60,520 nt of DNA from Nanobdellota archaeon (GTDB lineage Archaea > Nanobdellota > Nanobdellia > Woesearchaeales > UBA583): positions 1-60,520 of the forward strand of contig JBMCRE010000005.1 in NCBI GenBank assembly GCA_048625195.1, written 5' to 3'. The notes beneath the pieces were generated by a model, which saw only the letters and a list, made by a program, of their open reading frames with translations, was not told the origin of the DNA and ran no database searches. A program made the position numbers and the translations under genes. The first letter of the stretch is position 1, and each line of letters begins with the position of its first letter. Shown here in pieces: positions 9,160 to 19,121 of the stretch.

Positions 9160-10665
9160 ATGTTTAAAGTTAAAAAAATTGATATAGATGCAGAAAATGA
9201 ATTAATTGCTATTTTAAATAAAAAAGATGCTTATAAATTATCTTTATATCCTAACCAGAGAATTAAAATTTTTAATTCTAAAAACAAACAAAGTGTTATA
9301 TGTGTTTTAGAAGTTTTAAATGGTGTAAAAAAAAGAAATTTTGACCTTGATAAAGAAGAAATAGGTTTGTATGCTAGAGCATTTGAAAAATTAAATATAA
9401 AAAAAGGAAGCAGGATACAAATTATACCAGCTGAAAAACCAGAATCTTTAGAATATGTTAAAGAAAAGATAAAAGGAAAAAGATTAAATTTAAATCAATT
9501 TAATGAAATTGTTTTGGATATTGTTGAAAATAGATATTCACAAATTGAAACTACTTTTTTTGTAATTGCGTGTACAATTAATAGTTTAAATGATACTGAA
9601 ACTATTGCTTTAACAAAAGCTATGACAAATGTTGGACAATGCTTGAATTTTAAAAAAAATGAAAATGATATTATAATTGATAAACATTGTATTGGTGGAC
9701 TACCTGGTAATAGAACTTCTATGATTGTTGTTCCTATAATTGCAGCTGCAGGATTAAAAATACCTAAAAGTTCATCAAGAGCAATAACATCACCTGCTGG
9801 AACTGCTGACACTATGGAAGTTTTAACAAATGTTGAAGTTCCAATTAATAAAATGTATAATGAAGTACAAGAAATAAATGGATGTTTAGTTTGGGGAGGA
9901 TCTTTAAATTTAAGTCCTGCAGATGATTTAATAATTAAAGTGGAACATCCTTTAGAAATTGATAGTGAAGGACAAATGATTGCATCTATTTTGTCTAAAA
10001 AAAAAAGTGTTGGTTCAACTCATGTGTTAATAGATATTCCTGTTGGACCTACTGCTAAAATTAAAAATATTAATCATGCAAATAAATTAAAAAAAAGATT
10101 TGAAAAAATTGCAAAAGCAATAGATTTAAAAGTTAAGATTATAATTACAGATGGCAATGAACCTATCGGAGATGGAATTGGTCCTAAGTATGAAGCTTTA
10201 GATGTATTAAAAGTATTAAAGAATGAAGAAGGAGCATCTATTCAATTAAGGAGAAAAGGGTTATACTTAGCTGGTCTAATGTTAGAGATGGCAAAAGTTT
10301 GTAAAAAAGGAGAAGGTTATGCAAGAGCAAGAGGGATTTTAGATAGTGGTATTGCTTTTGAAAAGTTTGATGAAATTTTAAATTATCAAGGGAAAAATAC
10401 TAACATCCCTGTTGCAAAATATTCTTATAAAGTTCAAAGCATTACCAAAGGAAAAGTTTATGGTATTGACAATATGAAAATTGCAAAGATTGCATTTATT
10501 TTAGGTGCTCCTGAAGATAAAACTGCAGGTTTAATTTTACATAAAAAATTATCATCTATTGTTGATAGTAATGATGTTTTATTTGAAATTTTTACTAATT
10601 CAAAATTAAAATTGAAATATGCTCAAGTTTATCTCGAAAATAATATTATTTATAGTGTTAAATAA
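9160..10665 (+). CDS. deoA: AMP phosphorylase (archaeal thymidine phosphorylase family)
   Basis: DKHCIGGLPGNRTS, PKSSSRAITSPAGTADTMEVL, LSPADD, SILSKKKSVGSTHVLIDIPVG; about 500 aa with the N-terminal extension. Confidence 0.92.
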   Translation: MFKVKKIDIDAENELIAILNKKDAYKLSLYPNQRIKIFNSKNKQSVICVLEVLNGVKKRNFDLDKEEIGLYARAFEKLNIKKGSRIQIIPAEKPESLEYVKEKIKGKRLNLNQFNEIVLDIVENRYSQIETTFFVIACTINSLNDTETIALTKAMTNVGQCLNFKKNENDIIIDKHCIGGLPGNRTSMIVVPIIAAAGLKIPKSSSRAITSPAGTADTMEVLTNVEVPINKMYNEVQEINGCLVWGGSLNLSPADDLIIKVEHPLEIDSEGQMIASILSKKKSVGSTHVLIDIPVGPTAKIKNINHANKLKKRFEKIAKAIDLKVKIIITDGNEPIGDGIGPKYEALDVLKVLKNEEGASIQLRRKGLYLAGLMLEMAKVCKKGEGYARARGILDSGIAFEKFDEILNYQGKNTNIPVAKYSYKVQSITKGKVYGIDNMKIAKIAFILGAPEDKTAGLILHKKLSSIVDSNDVLFEIFTNSKLKLKYAQVYLENNIIYSVK

Positions 10666-10701
10666 CTTATATTAATTTGTTATTTGTTTGTTATTTATTT
10701 A

Positions 10702-11367
10702 TTATTTATATCTTCTTATCTCATTTCCGTCTAATATGCATTGATGTAATTCTACTGGTCTCCATTCATCTTCAATGAGTATTGCATTTAACCACTTGGC
10801 TATTTCCTTAGCATTTCCAATAGTTGCACTTAATCCTATTAATCTGATTTTTGGATATTTTGATTTAAAGATGCTAAGTAAGACTTCAAGTGTGGGTCCT
10901 CTTTTTTCATCATTTAATAAATGTATTTCGTCTGCAATTACTAAACCTAAATTGTCAAGAATATTTTTGTTATGTCGAATAATCGAGTCTAGTTTTTCTG
11001 TAGTAACTATTAATATGTCATAGTTATAATTGTATTTTTCTGTTTGTAATTCTCCAACAGATAATCTGATTTTAAATCTCTCCGAGTAGTTGTTACGAAA
11101 TTCTTGAAATTTCTCAGAAGCTAGAGCTTTGAGAGGTACGATGTATATAACTTTCTTGTTTTTATTAAGTAAGCAATTGAGCATTGCAAGTTCTGCAATT
11201 AAAGTTTTACCAGACGCTGTTGGAGCAGAAATTACTTGATTTTTATTATTTTCAAAGAGGCCTTTTTCAATAGATTTAATTTGTATTGGTCTAAAACCGA
11301 TGCTATTATATTTTTGAAGAAAGATTTGAATGTTTGAGGGGATTTTGTCTGAAATTATTTTATTCAT
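10702..11367 (-). CDS. hel308: Hel308/Ski2-like SF2 helicase, N-terminal RecA-like domain only (221 aa; split or truncated)
   Basis: Q motif (FRPIQ), APTASGKT, VPLKALASEK, TTEKLDS, DEIH, LSATIGN, WRPVEL, then stop; helicase domain 2 is absent. Confidence 0.85.
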   Translation of the reverse strand: MNKIISDKIPSNIQIFLQKYNSIGFRPIQIKSIEKGLFENNKNQVISAPTASGKTLIAELAMLNCLLNKNKKVIYIVPLKALASEKFQEFRNNYSERFKIRLSVGELQTEKYNYNYDILIVTTEKLDSIIRHNKNILDNLGLVIADEIHLLNDEKRGPTLEVLLSIFKSKYPKIRLIGLSATIGNAKEIAKWLNAILIEDEWRPVELHQCILDGNEIRRYK

Positions 11368-11512
11368 TTATATAAGTAAGAAAACTAAATTTATAAACTT
11401 AATTGCATTAATTTGAAAATTTATGTGATTTTACAACTAAATACTAAACAAAAGTGGATTTTTACCACTGTTAGGTAGATAAACTTATAAATATGAAAAT
11501 AATACTAAATGT

Positions 11513-11761
11513 ATGCTTAAGTATAAAGTGATCAGTGTAACTTGTTTACTAATATTGTTCTTTGTTTGCATAATTGGTGTAATGGGTATAATCATTAAAA
11601 CTGACAAACAATCTGATATGTTAGATTATTCGACGAAAATAGAAATTGCAAATCAATGTGCTCTAGATGGTTTTTTGATAGAAGAATGCTCTCAAATTAA
11701 TAATTTTGAATTACATAGAAGAGAAGTATTTTTAGAATCTTATATAGATTTGATTAAATAG
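11513..11761 (+). CDS. small membrane-anchored hypothetical protein
   Basis: N-terminal TM helix; TATA-like element upstream. Confidence 0.5.
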   Translation: MLKYKVISVTCLLILFFVCIIGVMGIIIKTDKQSDMLDYSTKIEIANQCALDGFLIEECSQINNFELHRREVFLESYIDLIK

Positions 11762-11877
11762 ATATTTTTGATCTTTAAATAAAAATTAAATAGTTTAATT
11801 GTATCTAATAAATTTGCCTAATAAATTTAATTATGTTTAACTCAAATTGTTTAAAATATCCTAATTGCATTGAATAA

Positions 11878-12531
11878 TTAAATAAATAATATTAATATTA
11901 ATAATAATAAGCCCATTACAGATAAGTAAATAGGTTTATTCCATGCCCATACTTTTTTACCGTCTAAAATCCAAAAAGGTAACATATTGAATATACCTAA
12001 AAATGCATTTACTAGTATTCCTACAGATAACAATATATATAAAAAACTATCCGGAACTGGAGATAATAACACGAATAATAATATGTATATTAGAGCAAGA
12101 CTTAAGTTAACTAAAGGGCCTGCTACACTTATTTTTCCATTTTGTTTTATAGTTGGTCTTCCAAGAATCATAACTGCTCCAGGAGCTAAAAAGGTTACAT
12201 GAAAAATTGATGCTACCAAAAAAGATAAAAATAACATAAAAAAATCTGCTCTAAATTCTGAAATAAATCCATAATATTGAGCTATGAGCTTATGTGCTAG
12301 TTCATGTAATAAAAATCCTAGTCCTACTGAAAAAAAAAATATAATTATAAAACTAACTAAATTAATTTGATTTGATTGGTTAAGGAAACCTCTTTGTAAT
12401 GCCATTATTGTTAATGTTATCATAAAAAAAGCTATTGTTAAATGCTTAAACTCTAAAGTTGAAAAAGAATACCTTCCAAATTTGAACATCTTAGGTCCTT
12501 TAGGGGTATCGTATTTTACATATTCTACCAT
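11878..12531 (-). CDS. site-2 protease (M50 family metalloprotease)
   Basis: HELAH, AGPLVN and NMLPFWILDG motifs in a multi-TM protein. Confidence 0.9.
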   Translation of the reverse strand: MVEYVKYDTPKGPKMFKFGRYSFSTLEFKHLTIAFFMITLTIMALQRGFLNQSNQINLVSFIIIFFFSVGLGFLLHELAHKLIAQYYGFISEFRADFFMLFLSFLVASIFHVTFLAPGAVMILGRPTIKQNGKISVAGPLVNLSLALIYILLFVLLSPVPDSFLYILLSVGILVNAFLGIFNMLPFWILDGKKVWAWNKPIYLSVMGLLLLILILFI

Positions 12532-12656
12532 TATAATATTATAAAAGAGTTTTAATTTATAAGATTAACTTAATATTTTGATTTGAATATTGTTTAATTT
12601 CACTAACTAGATGTAAATAAAAAGTTTTTTAAACTACAACAATTATTGTTTTTATT

Positions 12657-12938
12657 ATGAATAAGAACAAAGAAAGTAAAAGAAGTAAAAATAACAATAA
12701 TAATAAGCCATTGTTAAAGAAGTTAAGTGATGATTATTTTTGGGATAATGTTACTGTAGGAATCTTTTTTTTAGGTGTTGGTTCTATTTTGTTTATATTA
12801 AACATTACAACCATTCTACATGCTTTACAATTTGTGCCATATGGATTATCATTAAATGGAATTTATGGGTCTACGGTAGGCTCATTAATTATAATGCTAT
12901 ACTCATTATATAATATTTACAATAATCGAGACGATTAA
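12657..12938 (+). CDS. small two-TM hypothetical protein
   Basis: Two hydrophobic segments; 8 nt upstream of the prepilin peptidase. Confidence 0.5.
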   Translation: MNKNKESKRSKNNNNNKPLLKKLSDDYFWDNVTVGIFFLGVGSILFILNITTILHALQFVPYGLSLNGIYGSTVGSLIIMLYSLYNIYNNRDD

Positions 12939-12946
12939 TATTACAA

Positions 12947-14338
12947 ATGATAATTAATTATCTTGTCTTATTTGTTATTTTTTTTTATTTTATAATTGCA
13001 TCATTAGAAGATATTAAAAAAAGAGAAGTTTATGATTATCTGAATTATTCTTTAATTTTTTTTATTTTGAGTGTTGGTATTTTTGATAGTATTTTGAATT
13101 ATTCTTTTGAACCTTTGAAATATGTTTTATTTGGTCTGATTGTGGGTTTTGCAATAGGTAGTATGCTTTATTATATTGGTATTTGGGGAGGGGGAGATGC
13201 AAAATTTTTGATTGGTTTTTCAGGAGCTGTTTTTTATTTAATGGAAATTGTACCATCTATTAAATATTCTTCTCAAATATATGACTTTATTTTATTTAAT
13301 GTGAAATATATGTTCAATTTTATTTTGCAGAATTTAACTAATCTTGTACTTTTTTTAAATATTTTATTTTTAATTATATTACTTGTTTTGACTATTTTAA
13401 AAATAAGAAAAAAAACTGATTTATTTAATATTATAATTTTATTTAATATGTTATTGTTATTAAGTTTAGGACTCTATTTTAATTGTCCTGATTATATACT
13501 CGTTTTTATTGCTTTTGTCACATTTATTTTTATTTTTTTTAGTAAAGAAGATGTGTTTAATTGTGCTTATTTTAATGTTAAAAAAAATAAATCTAGATTA
13601 GTTCAAGGGGATATAATTGATGAGGATATAGTTACTCCAAAAAAAAAACTTGATAAAAAAAAATTACAATTAGGCATTTCAAAAGAAGATTTGGATTATA
13701 TAAAAAGAAACTTGAAAAATGATAGAAAAGTAACTGTTAGAAAAATAATACCTTTTTCTTTGTTGATTTTTATTAACTATTTTTTATATATTATTAATAT
13801 AATTTTTTATGATAGAATTAATTTAGAAATTTTAGGATTTTTATTTAAGTTCTTATTTTTCTCTTTCATGATAGGAGGAGCTATTGCTATATTTATTATT
13901 CTATTCAATTTTTTTAGATATTTTAAGAAATTAAATTTTAATTTAAAAATGTTTGAAAAGATGATTCTAGGACTTTTGTTTTTTTCAAGTATTATTTTTT
14001 ATTTTGTTGATATTAAACCCTTGTCTTATTTGATAATATTAGTACCTTTGTATGTCTTCATAAAAATATCAAAACAACTTGAAACTTTGATTTTTGTTAA
14101 AAAAAAAGATTTAAATAAAATTGTGTTGGGAGATTGGATTGTTGAAGATATTTATTCAAAACAAAATAATTTAATTTATAGTGTTAATGATTTTAAATTA
14201 GGAGTTGATGAAAAACAATTAGAAAAAATAAAAAAAATTGCCAAAACAAATTATGATATGAAAAAATTATATGTTAAAGATGGACTTGCTTTTTTACCTC
14301 CATTATTAATTGGATTTATATTAATGTTTTTTATTTAA
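12947..14338 (+). CDS. A24-family prepilin/prearchaellin peptidase with duplicated C-terminal module
   Basis: ASLEDIKKREV (first Asp) and WGGGDAK (GxGD) motifs; multiple TMs; two copies of a GD-I/W-IxEDI...LG module. Confidence 0.85.
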   Translation: MIINYLVLFVIFFYFIIASLEDIKKREVYDYLNYSLIFFILSVGIFDSILNYSFEPLKYVLFGLIVGFAIGSMLYYIGIWGGGDAKFLIGFSGAVFYLMEIVPSIKYSSQIYDFILFNVKYMFNFILQNLTNLVLFLNILFLIILLVLTILKIRKKTDLFNIIILFNMLLLLSLGLYFNCPDYILVFIAFVTFIFIFFSKEDVFNCAYFNVKKNKSRLVQGDIIDEDIVTPKKKLDKKKLQLGISKEDLDYIKRNLKNDRKVTVRKIIPFSLLIFINYFLYIINIIFYDRINLEILGFLFKFLFFSFMIGGAIAIFIILFNFFRYFKKLNFNLKMFEKMILGLLFFSSIIFYFVDIKPLSYLIILVPLYVFIKISKQLETLIFVKKKDLNKIVLGDWIVEDIYSKQNNLIYSVNDFKLGVDEKQLEKIKKIAKTNYDMKKLYVKDGLAFLPPLLIGFILMFFI

Positions 14339-14513
14339 TTTTATCTAAATATTCTTTTAGAGCATTTGCTTGTTTTACGCTTTTTGATATTTGTTGTATA
14401 TTTTCAAGTGCGTTTTCTTCAAAAAATTCTCTAGCATGTGTTTGACAATAATATATTTCTTCATTTTTTATTTTAAATAAAGCTTTATTGTCACAAATCG
14501 AACATTTTTTCAT
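14331..14513 (-). CDS. small zinc-binding protein (CxxC...CxxH)
   Basis: CSIC...YCQTH pattern. Confidence 0.5.
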   Translation of the reverse strand: MKKCSICDNKALFKIKNEEIYYCQTHAREFFEENALENIQQISKSVKQANALKEYLDKIK

Positions 14514-14657
14514 AGTTAATAATAATTGATTTTATTTTATAATAGTTTTGAATTTGTTATTGTCTTTTGATTTTATTTGTTGTAAATTTTAATTAAGTGT
14601 GTGTATCACTTATACCTCTTAGTAAAAATATATAAATAGGCTTGATATATTATTTTT

Positions 14658-15395
14658 ATGTTAAAAAAAACTTTTTGTCATACTAATGGAATTACTTTAA
14701 ATACTGAAAATATTTTATGGTTAAGTGGTATAAATTCTTGGGATGATTTTTTTAAGAAATGTGAAAATATTAATTGTTTAACTCTTTCACAAATTCATAA
14801 AATTAAAACTGAACTAACACTCTCTGAGAGATATTTAGAATTGGGAAATTTGAATTATTTTAGAAATAAGTTACCACCAAAAGAGCATTATCGATTAAGG
14901 GATTATGGTAAAATCGCATATGTTGATATTGAAACAACTGGTTTATCTAAATATTCTAATGATATAACTTTAATTGGTATTTATGATGGAGAAAAGCCAC
15001 ATATATATGTTAGAGGAAAAAATTTAGAAGATGCAAAAGAACATTTAAGACAATTTGATATTATTGTAACTTTTAATGGTAAATTGTTTGACATTCCTTT
15101 TATAGAACATAATTTTAATGAAAAATATGATATAATTCATTTAGATTTGAGGTTTATGTTTAAAGAAATTGGTCTTAGTGGTGGTTTAAAAAAAATTGAA
15201 AAATCAATTGGAATTAAAAGAGGAGAGGATGTAGAAGATATTGATGGATTTGAAGCTGTCAAATTATGGAAGAAATATGAAAGATATAATGATTTAAATG
15301 CATTAAAATTATTATTAAAATATAATAAGGAAGATATAATTAATTTGAAGTATTTGTTAGATTATTATATTGATAAAAAAAATAAATTAACTTAA
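14658..15395 (+). CDS. RNase H-like 3'-5' exonuclease (YprB/RNase_H_2-like)
   Basis: YVDIETTG, VTFNGKLFDIPFI, HLDLR, GGLKKIEK, YNKEDI. Confidence 0.85.
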   Translation: MLKKTFCHTNGITLNTENILWLSGINSWDDFFKKCENINCLTLSQIHKIKTELTLSERYLELGNLNYFRNKLPPKEHYRLRDYGKIAYVDIETTGLSKYSNDITLIGIYDGEKPHIYVRGKNLEDAKEHLRQFDIIVTFNGKLFDIPFIEHNFNEKYDIIHLDLRFMFKEIGLSGGLKKIEKSIGIKRGEDVEDIDGFEAVKLWKKYERYNDLNALKLLLKYNKEDIINLKYLLDYYIDKKNKLT

Positions 15396-15479
15396 TTAGT
15401 CTGTAATATAATTAATATATTTTTACTACTACTTGTTATAAAGATAATTTTTAAATAAATTATTATTTAATATTTCTGA

Positions 15480-15710
15480 ATGGACTTTATAGATAAAAAA
15501 GAAAAATTTGCTGATTTAATTGAAGCATTTATAGAAAATCAAGATGCTCAAATTGAATTATTAAATTATGTTAAATTATTAGAAAAGGATGAAGATTTTA
15601 AAGATAAGGATTTATTTTTAAAAATATTTGATGATATTAAAACTCTATTGCAAGATTTATCTAAAAGAGAATTAAAACAAAGAGTTTTATTAATTAGAAG
15701 TTATTTATAA
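15480..15710 (+). CDS. hypothetical protein
   Basis: 76-aa helical ORF filling an intergenic gap. Confidence 0.5.
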   Translation: MDFIDKKEKFADLIEAFIENQDAQIELLNYVKLLEKDEDFKDKDLFLKIFDDIKTLLQDLSKRELKQRVLLIRSYL

Positions 15711-15778
15711 CAGAGATAAACTGTTTAATTTATATATTTATTTTTAAAAATTTATTGTTTTATTATAATGTATTAATC

Positions 15779-18700
15779 TTAAAAATCATCATCTAGTAAT
15801 ATTTCTTCTTCATGGTCTGCGTCATGAAATTCGTTATCATTTTGATTTTGAAGCATTCTCATTCTTCTAAGTATAAATAATCCTATTATTAAGAATATAA
15901 CAAATGCAAATCCAATATACCAAAATAATGACATTCCTTTTTCTTGATTATCCTTAGTAATGAATACACTAATAGGTATTTCTTTTTCAAATTGAGAGCT
16001 TGTAGTTAATATTATTTCACTTTTTCCACCAGCTGATAATTGATTTAAAAGTTCTGGGTCTGTTATTGTAAAATATATATCTCTTGTTTCGTTTACAGCT
16101 AAAACCTTTGCTTTTTCTGATGGTTCAATAACACCACTATAATCTCCTTGAATATCCATTGATATTGTTTCTACTTTGTCTCCAATATTTTTTACTTGAA
16201 TATAAAAATCATTGTAATTTTCAATAATTAAATTTTCAGGTGTAACTGAAATTGTTACATTTGGTTTTGTTATACTAATATTTATAGGAATGATGAAAGA
16301 AGTTTCTTTGTTTTTACATGAAATATCAAAATAATAATCTCCTGTATCTTGATTAATATTTGAAACTTCTATTTTTGAAGTTCCATTATTAATTGTTAAA
16401 TCTATTTTTTCATTATTAAATGGATTGTTATATGTGCAATCATAACTAAATACATCAAAGTTATTTACTTTGTCTATTTTTATTATTTTTTCCTTTTCGG
16501 ACATTGAATAATTTTTTGTAATAATATCAAATGGGTTGGTACCCTTAATATTAATTGGAATATTAATTAATTCTATTTCTTTGTTTTGTCCGTTTACTCC
16601 AGTTATTTTAAAAGTACCACTTTTACTTCCTTCTATTTCTTTTATTAAAGTAATATTAAATTCTAAAGATTCTTTACCAATTAAATCTCCTAAATCTTGT
16701 GTATATGAAACATATTCATTAATTTCATTACTTAAAACAACTTTAATATCTTTTAAATTATATATAGTTGGATTTTCAATTTTAAAATTTGTAATATTTT
16801 CTATTTCATTTTTTATTGACATACTTAAATAAGGTTTTAATTTTTCTTTTATAGCGATATATGCAATTGTATTTTTTTCTATACTTGACCACCCATTAAT
16901 TGGCTCATTGTAATATATCCATTTTTTTGCATCTTCGATATGTTCAGCACTAGATATTGCGTTTTGAAGACCTATAGTTGCCCAACTAGTTTGTAATACT
17001 TTATTAGTTATTGTTTTATCATCACCCCAAGAACCATCGTTATTTTGATTGAATTTTAAAAAATCTACTAAATCTTCGTTATTTTTATAAAATAAATATT
17101 TTCCTGTGTCTAATATTTTATCTTCTTGATAAACAAAATTTTCTGAATTTTCTCCTTTATTAATAAAACTATCAACAAAATTTTCTAATTTATTAGAATC
17201 ATCAACAACATTTGAACTAAAAGTGTTAAGAGCATTTATTGAATTTTCTAATTTACAATCATTATCTAAACCAATGCATATATAATCTGAAAAATCTGAA
17301 GGAATTGAATACTTTATATTTTCAACTGATTTATAATCTTGATCAACTTGTTTTCTATCAAATAAATCGTATACTTTTAAATTTATATTTTTTAAATCTT
17401 TATTTTTACATTCAAATTCAATATTAGATGATGCTTTTTTATTTTTGATAGTAACTATATTATCAGACACATCATCTTCATCAAAAGTATAAGGTTGAGG
17501 ATTGTTATTATCAATTTTTAATTCACATTCTATCTCTTCATTATTTAAAAATTTATATTCAAAATTTATTTCAAAATCATATTTATCAAAGTTATCTAAA
17601 TTTAAATAATATTCTATTTCTTCTTCGTTTGGATACTTTTTTTCATCTTTTATTTGAGCATATATATCATACCTTAAAGTGTCAAAATCATCATCACAAT
17701 CAAAAATGATTTCATCATCAAAATAATCTTTTATTATTAGGTCATCTATATCACTATCATTATCAAATACTTTATTCTCAAATATTTCTTTTCCATCAAC
17801 TGTAAAATCACATTCTATTTCTTCATCTTCATTAAAGTCATGTTCTATTTGTATTTTATACATAAAATCTGGATAATAGTTTTTATCATAACTAGATAAT
17901 GTGTATTCAATGTTATCTTCATCATCATTTGTTTTATCATGTATATTTTCTTTATATACTAATAAATCTAATTCTTTTATTTCATAATCACAAATAAATT
18001 CAAAATTTTCATCAAAATTTCTATAAACTCTTAAATCATCAATATCACTTCTATCATCAAAATCATAATTATATTCTTTATCGTTATCAATTTTTAACTC
18101 ACATTCAATATCTTGGTCTAAATCATAATCTATAATATGTAATTCTAATTCATAATCTTCATCTTCATCTTCTTTTATATATTCGTCTGGATCTTCTAAT
18201 ACGTTTCTTTGAATATATATTTCTCCATCTTCTAACAACCTTGAATTAGAATTATATCCTGCAAGTTTTAAATTTCTTAATATTTCTAAAGTTGTTTTTA
18301 AATCACATTTATTTTTAGGCCAACATTTATTATCATTATTTCTTGAATTTTTTAATTTTTCATAAACATTTATGTTTTCTAAATTATTTTTATCTTGTAT
18401 ATTATTTAAAACTATTAAATAATAACTTAATTCAAGATCGTTTAAATCTTCATAATCTTTACTTAAAATGTGATTTATTAATAATGATTCTCTTTGTTTA
18501 ACAAAATTTCTTGTTAGTAATCTATCTTTACCATTGATATTGTAATTTATATTTAATTCGAAATTATCACAAGGTGAATTATTTAAATTATAATTTGAAA
18601 AATAGCAACCTTTTTTTTCATAATTATTATTCACTATTAATTTTTCTTCACTAGAATCACATTTTAATGTGAAAGTTATATCTTTTACATCTTCATTAGA

Positions 18701-18883
18701 ACAAAATTCAAATGATAAATGTTCATTTTCAAGATAATGAATAGAATCATATATATTATTTTGTTCATTAAAATAATTTGGTGCAAAAATTTTTAGATTA
18801 TCATTACTTGTTGCATTTGCAGTTAAAACAAAAAGAGTAAAAACTACTAAAAATACAATTATGTTTTTTAATCTTATATGCAT
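15779..18883 (-). CDS. large acidic cell-surface protein with prenyltransferase/squalene-cyclase-like helical repeats and three internal repeats
   Basis: Signal peptide; C-terminal TM plus basic stop-transfer; QNNDGSWG motif; repeated IEC(E/D)(L/F)xxD...FDxxxD units. Confidence 0.7.
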   Translation of the reverse strand: MHIRLKNIIVFLVVFTLFVLTANATSNDNLKIFAPNYFNEQNNIYDSIHYLENEHLSFEFCSNEDVKDITFTLKCDSSEEKLIVNNNYEKKGCYFSNYNLNNSPCDNFELNINYNINGKDRLLTRNFVKQRESLLINHILSKDYEDLNDLELSYYLIVLNNIQDKNNLENINVYEKLKNSRNNDNKCWPKNKCDLKTTLEILRNLKLAGYNSNSRLLEDGEIYIQRNVLEDPDEYIKEDEDEDYELELHIIDYDLDQDIECELKIDNDKEYNYDFDDRSDIDDLRVYRNFDENFEFICDYEIKELDLLVYKENIHDKTNDDEDNIEYTLSSYDKNYYPDFMYKIQIEHDFNEDEEIECDFTVDGKEIFENKVFDNDSDIDDLIIKDYFDDEIIFDCDDDFDTLRYDIYAQIKDEKKYPNEEEIEYYLNLDNFDKYDFEINFEYKFLNNEEIECELKIDNNNPQPYTFDEDDVSDNIVTIKNKKASSNIEFECKNKDLKNINLKVYDLFDRKQVDQDYKSVENIKYSIPSDFSDYICIGLDNDCKLENSINALNTFSSNVVDDSNKLENFVDSFINKGENSENFVYQEDKILDTGKYLFYKNNEDLVDFLKFNQNNDGSWGDDKTITNKVLQTSWATIGLQNAISSAEHIEDAKKWIYYNEPINGWSSIEKNTIAYIAIKEKLKPYLSMSIKNEIENITNFKIENPTIYNLKDIKVVLSNEINEYVSYTQDLGDLIGKESLEFNITLIKEIEGSKSGTFKITGVNGQNKEIELINIPINIKGTNPFDIITKNYSMSEKEKIIKIDKVNNFDVFSYDCTYNNPFNNEKIDLTINNGTSKIEVSNINQDTGDYYFDISCKNKETSFIIPINISITKPNVTISVTPENLIIENYNDFYIQVKNIGDKVETISMDIQGDYSGVIEPSEKAKVLAVNETRDIYFTITDPELLNQLSAGGKSEIILTTSSQFEKEIPISVFITKDNQEKGMSLFWYIGFAFVIFLIIGLFILRRMRMLQNQNDNEFHDADHEEEILLDDDF

Positions 18884-19121
18884 ATTAATTTTAATTACAT
18901 CATGATTTTATCTTTCTTTATTATTACTCAAAAATAATAAAATAAAAAAAAAGATGCTAAATTAAGATATTAATTTAATTTAATTGGTTTTAATTCAAAT
19001 TGATTGAATTGTGTTTTAACTGTGATAAAAAATTAAAAATAAACATGATTTTAACTTAATTGAGTACCAAAAAAACTTATTAAATATAAATATTTATAAA
19101 AAATCATGTTGTTAATATAAT

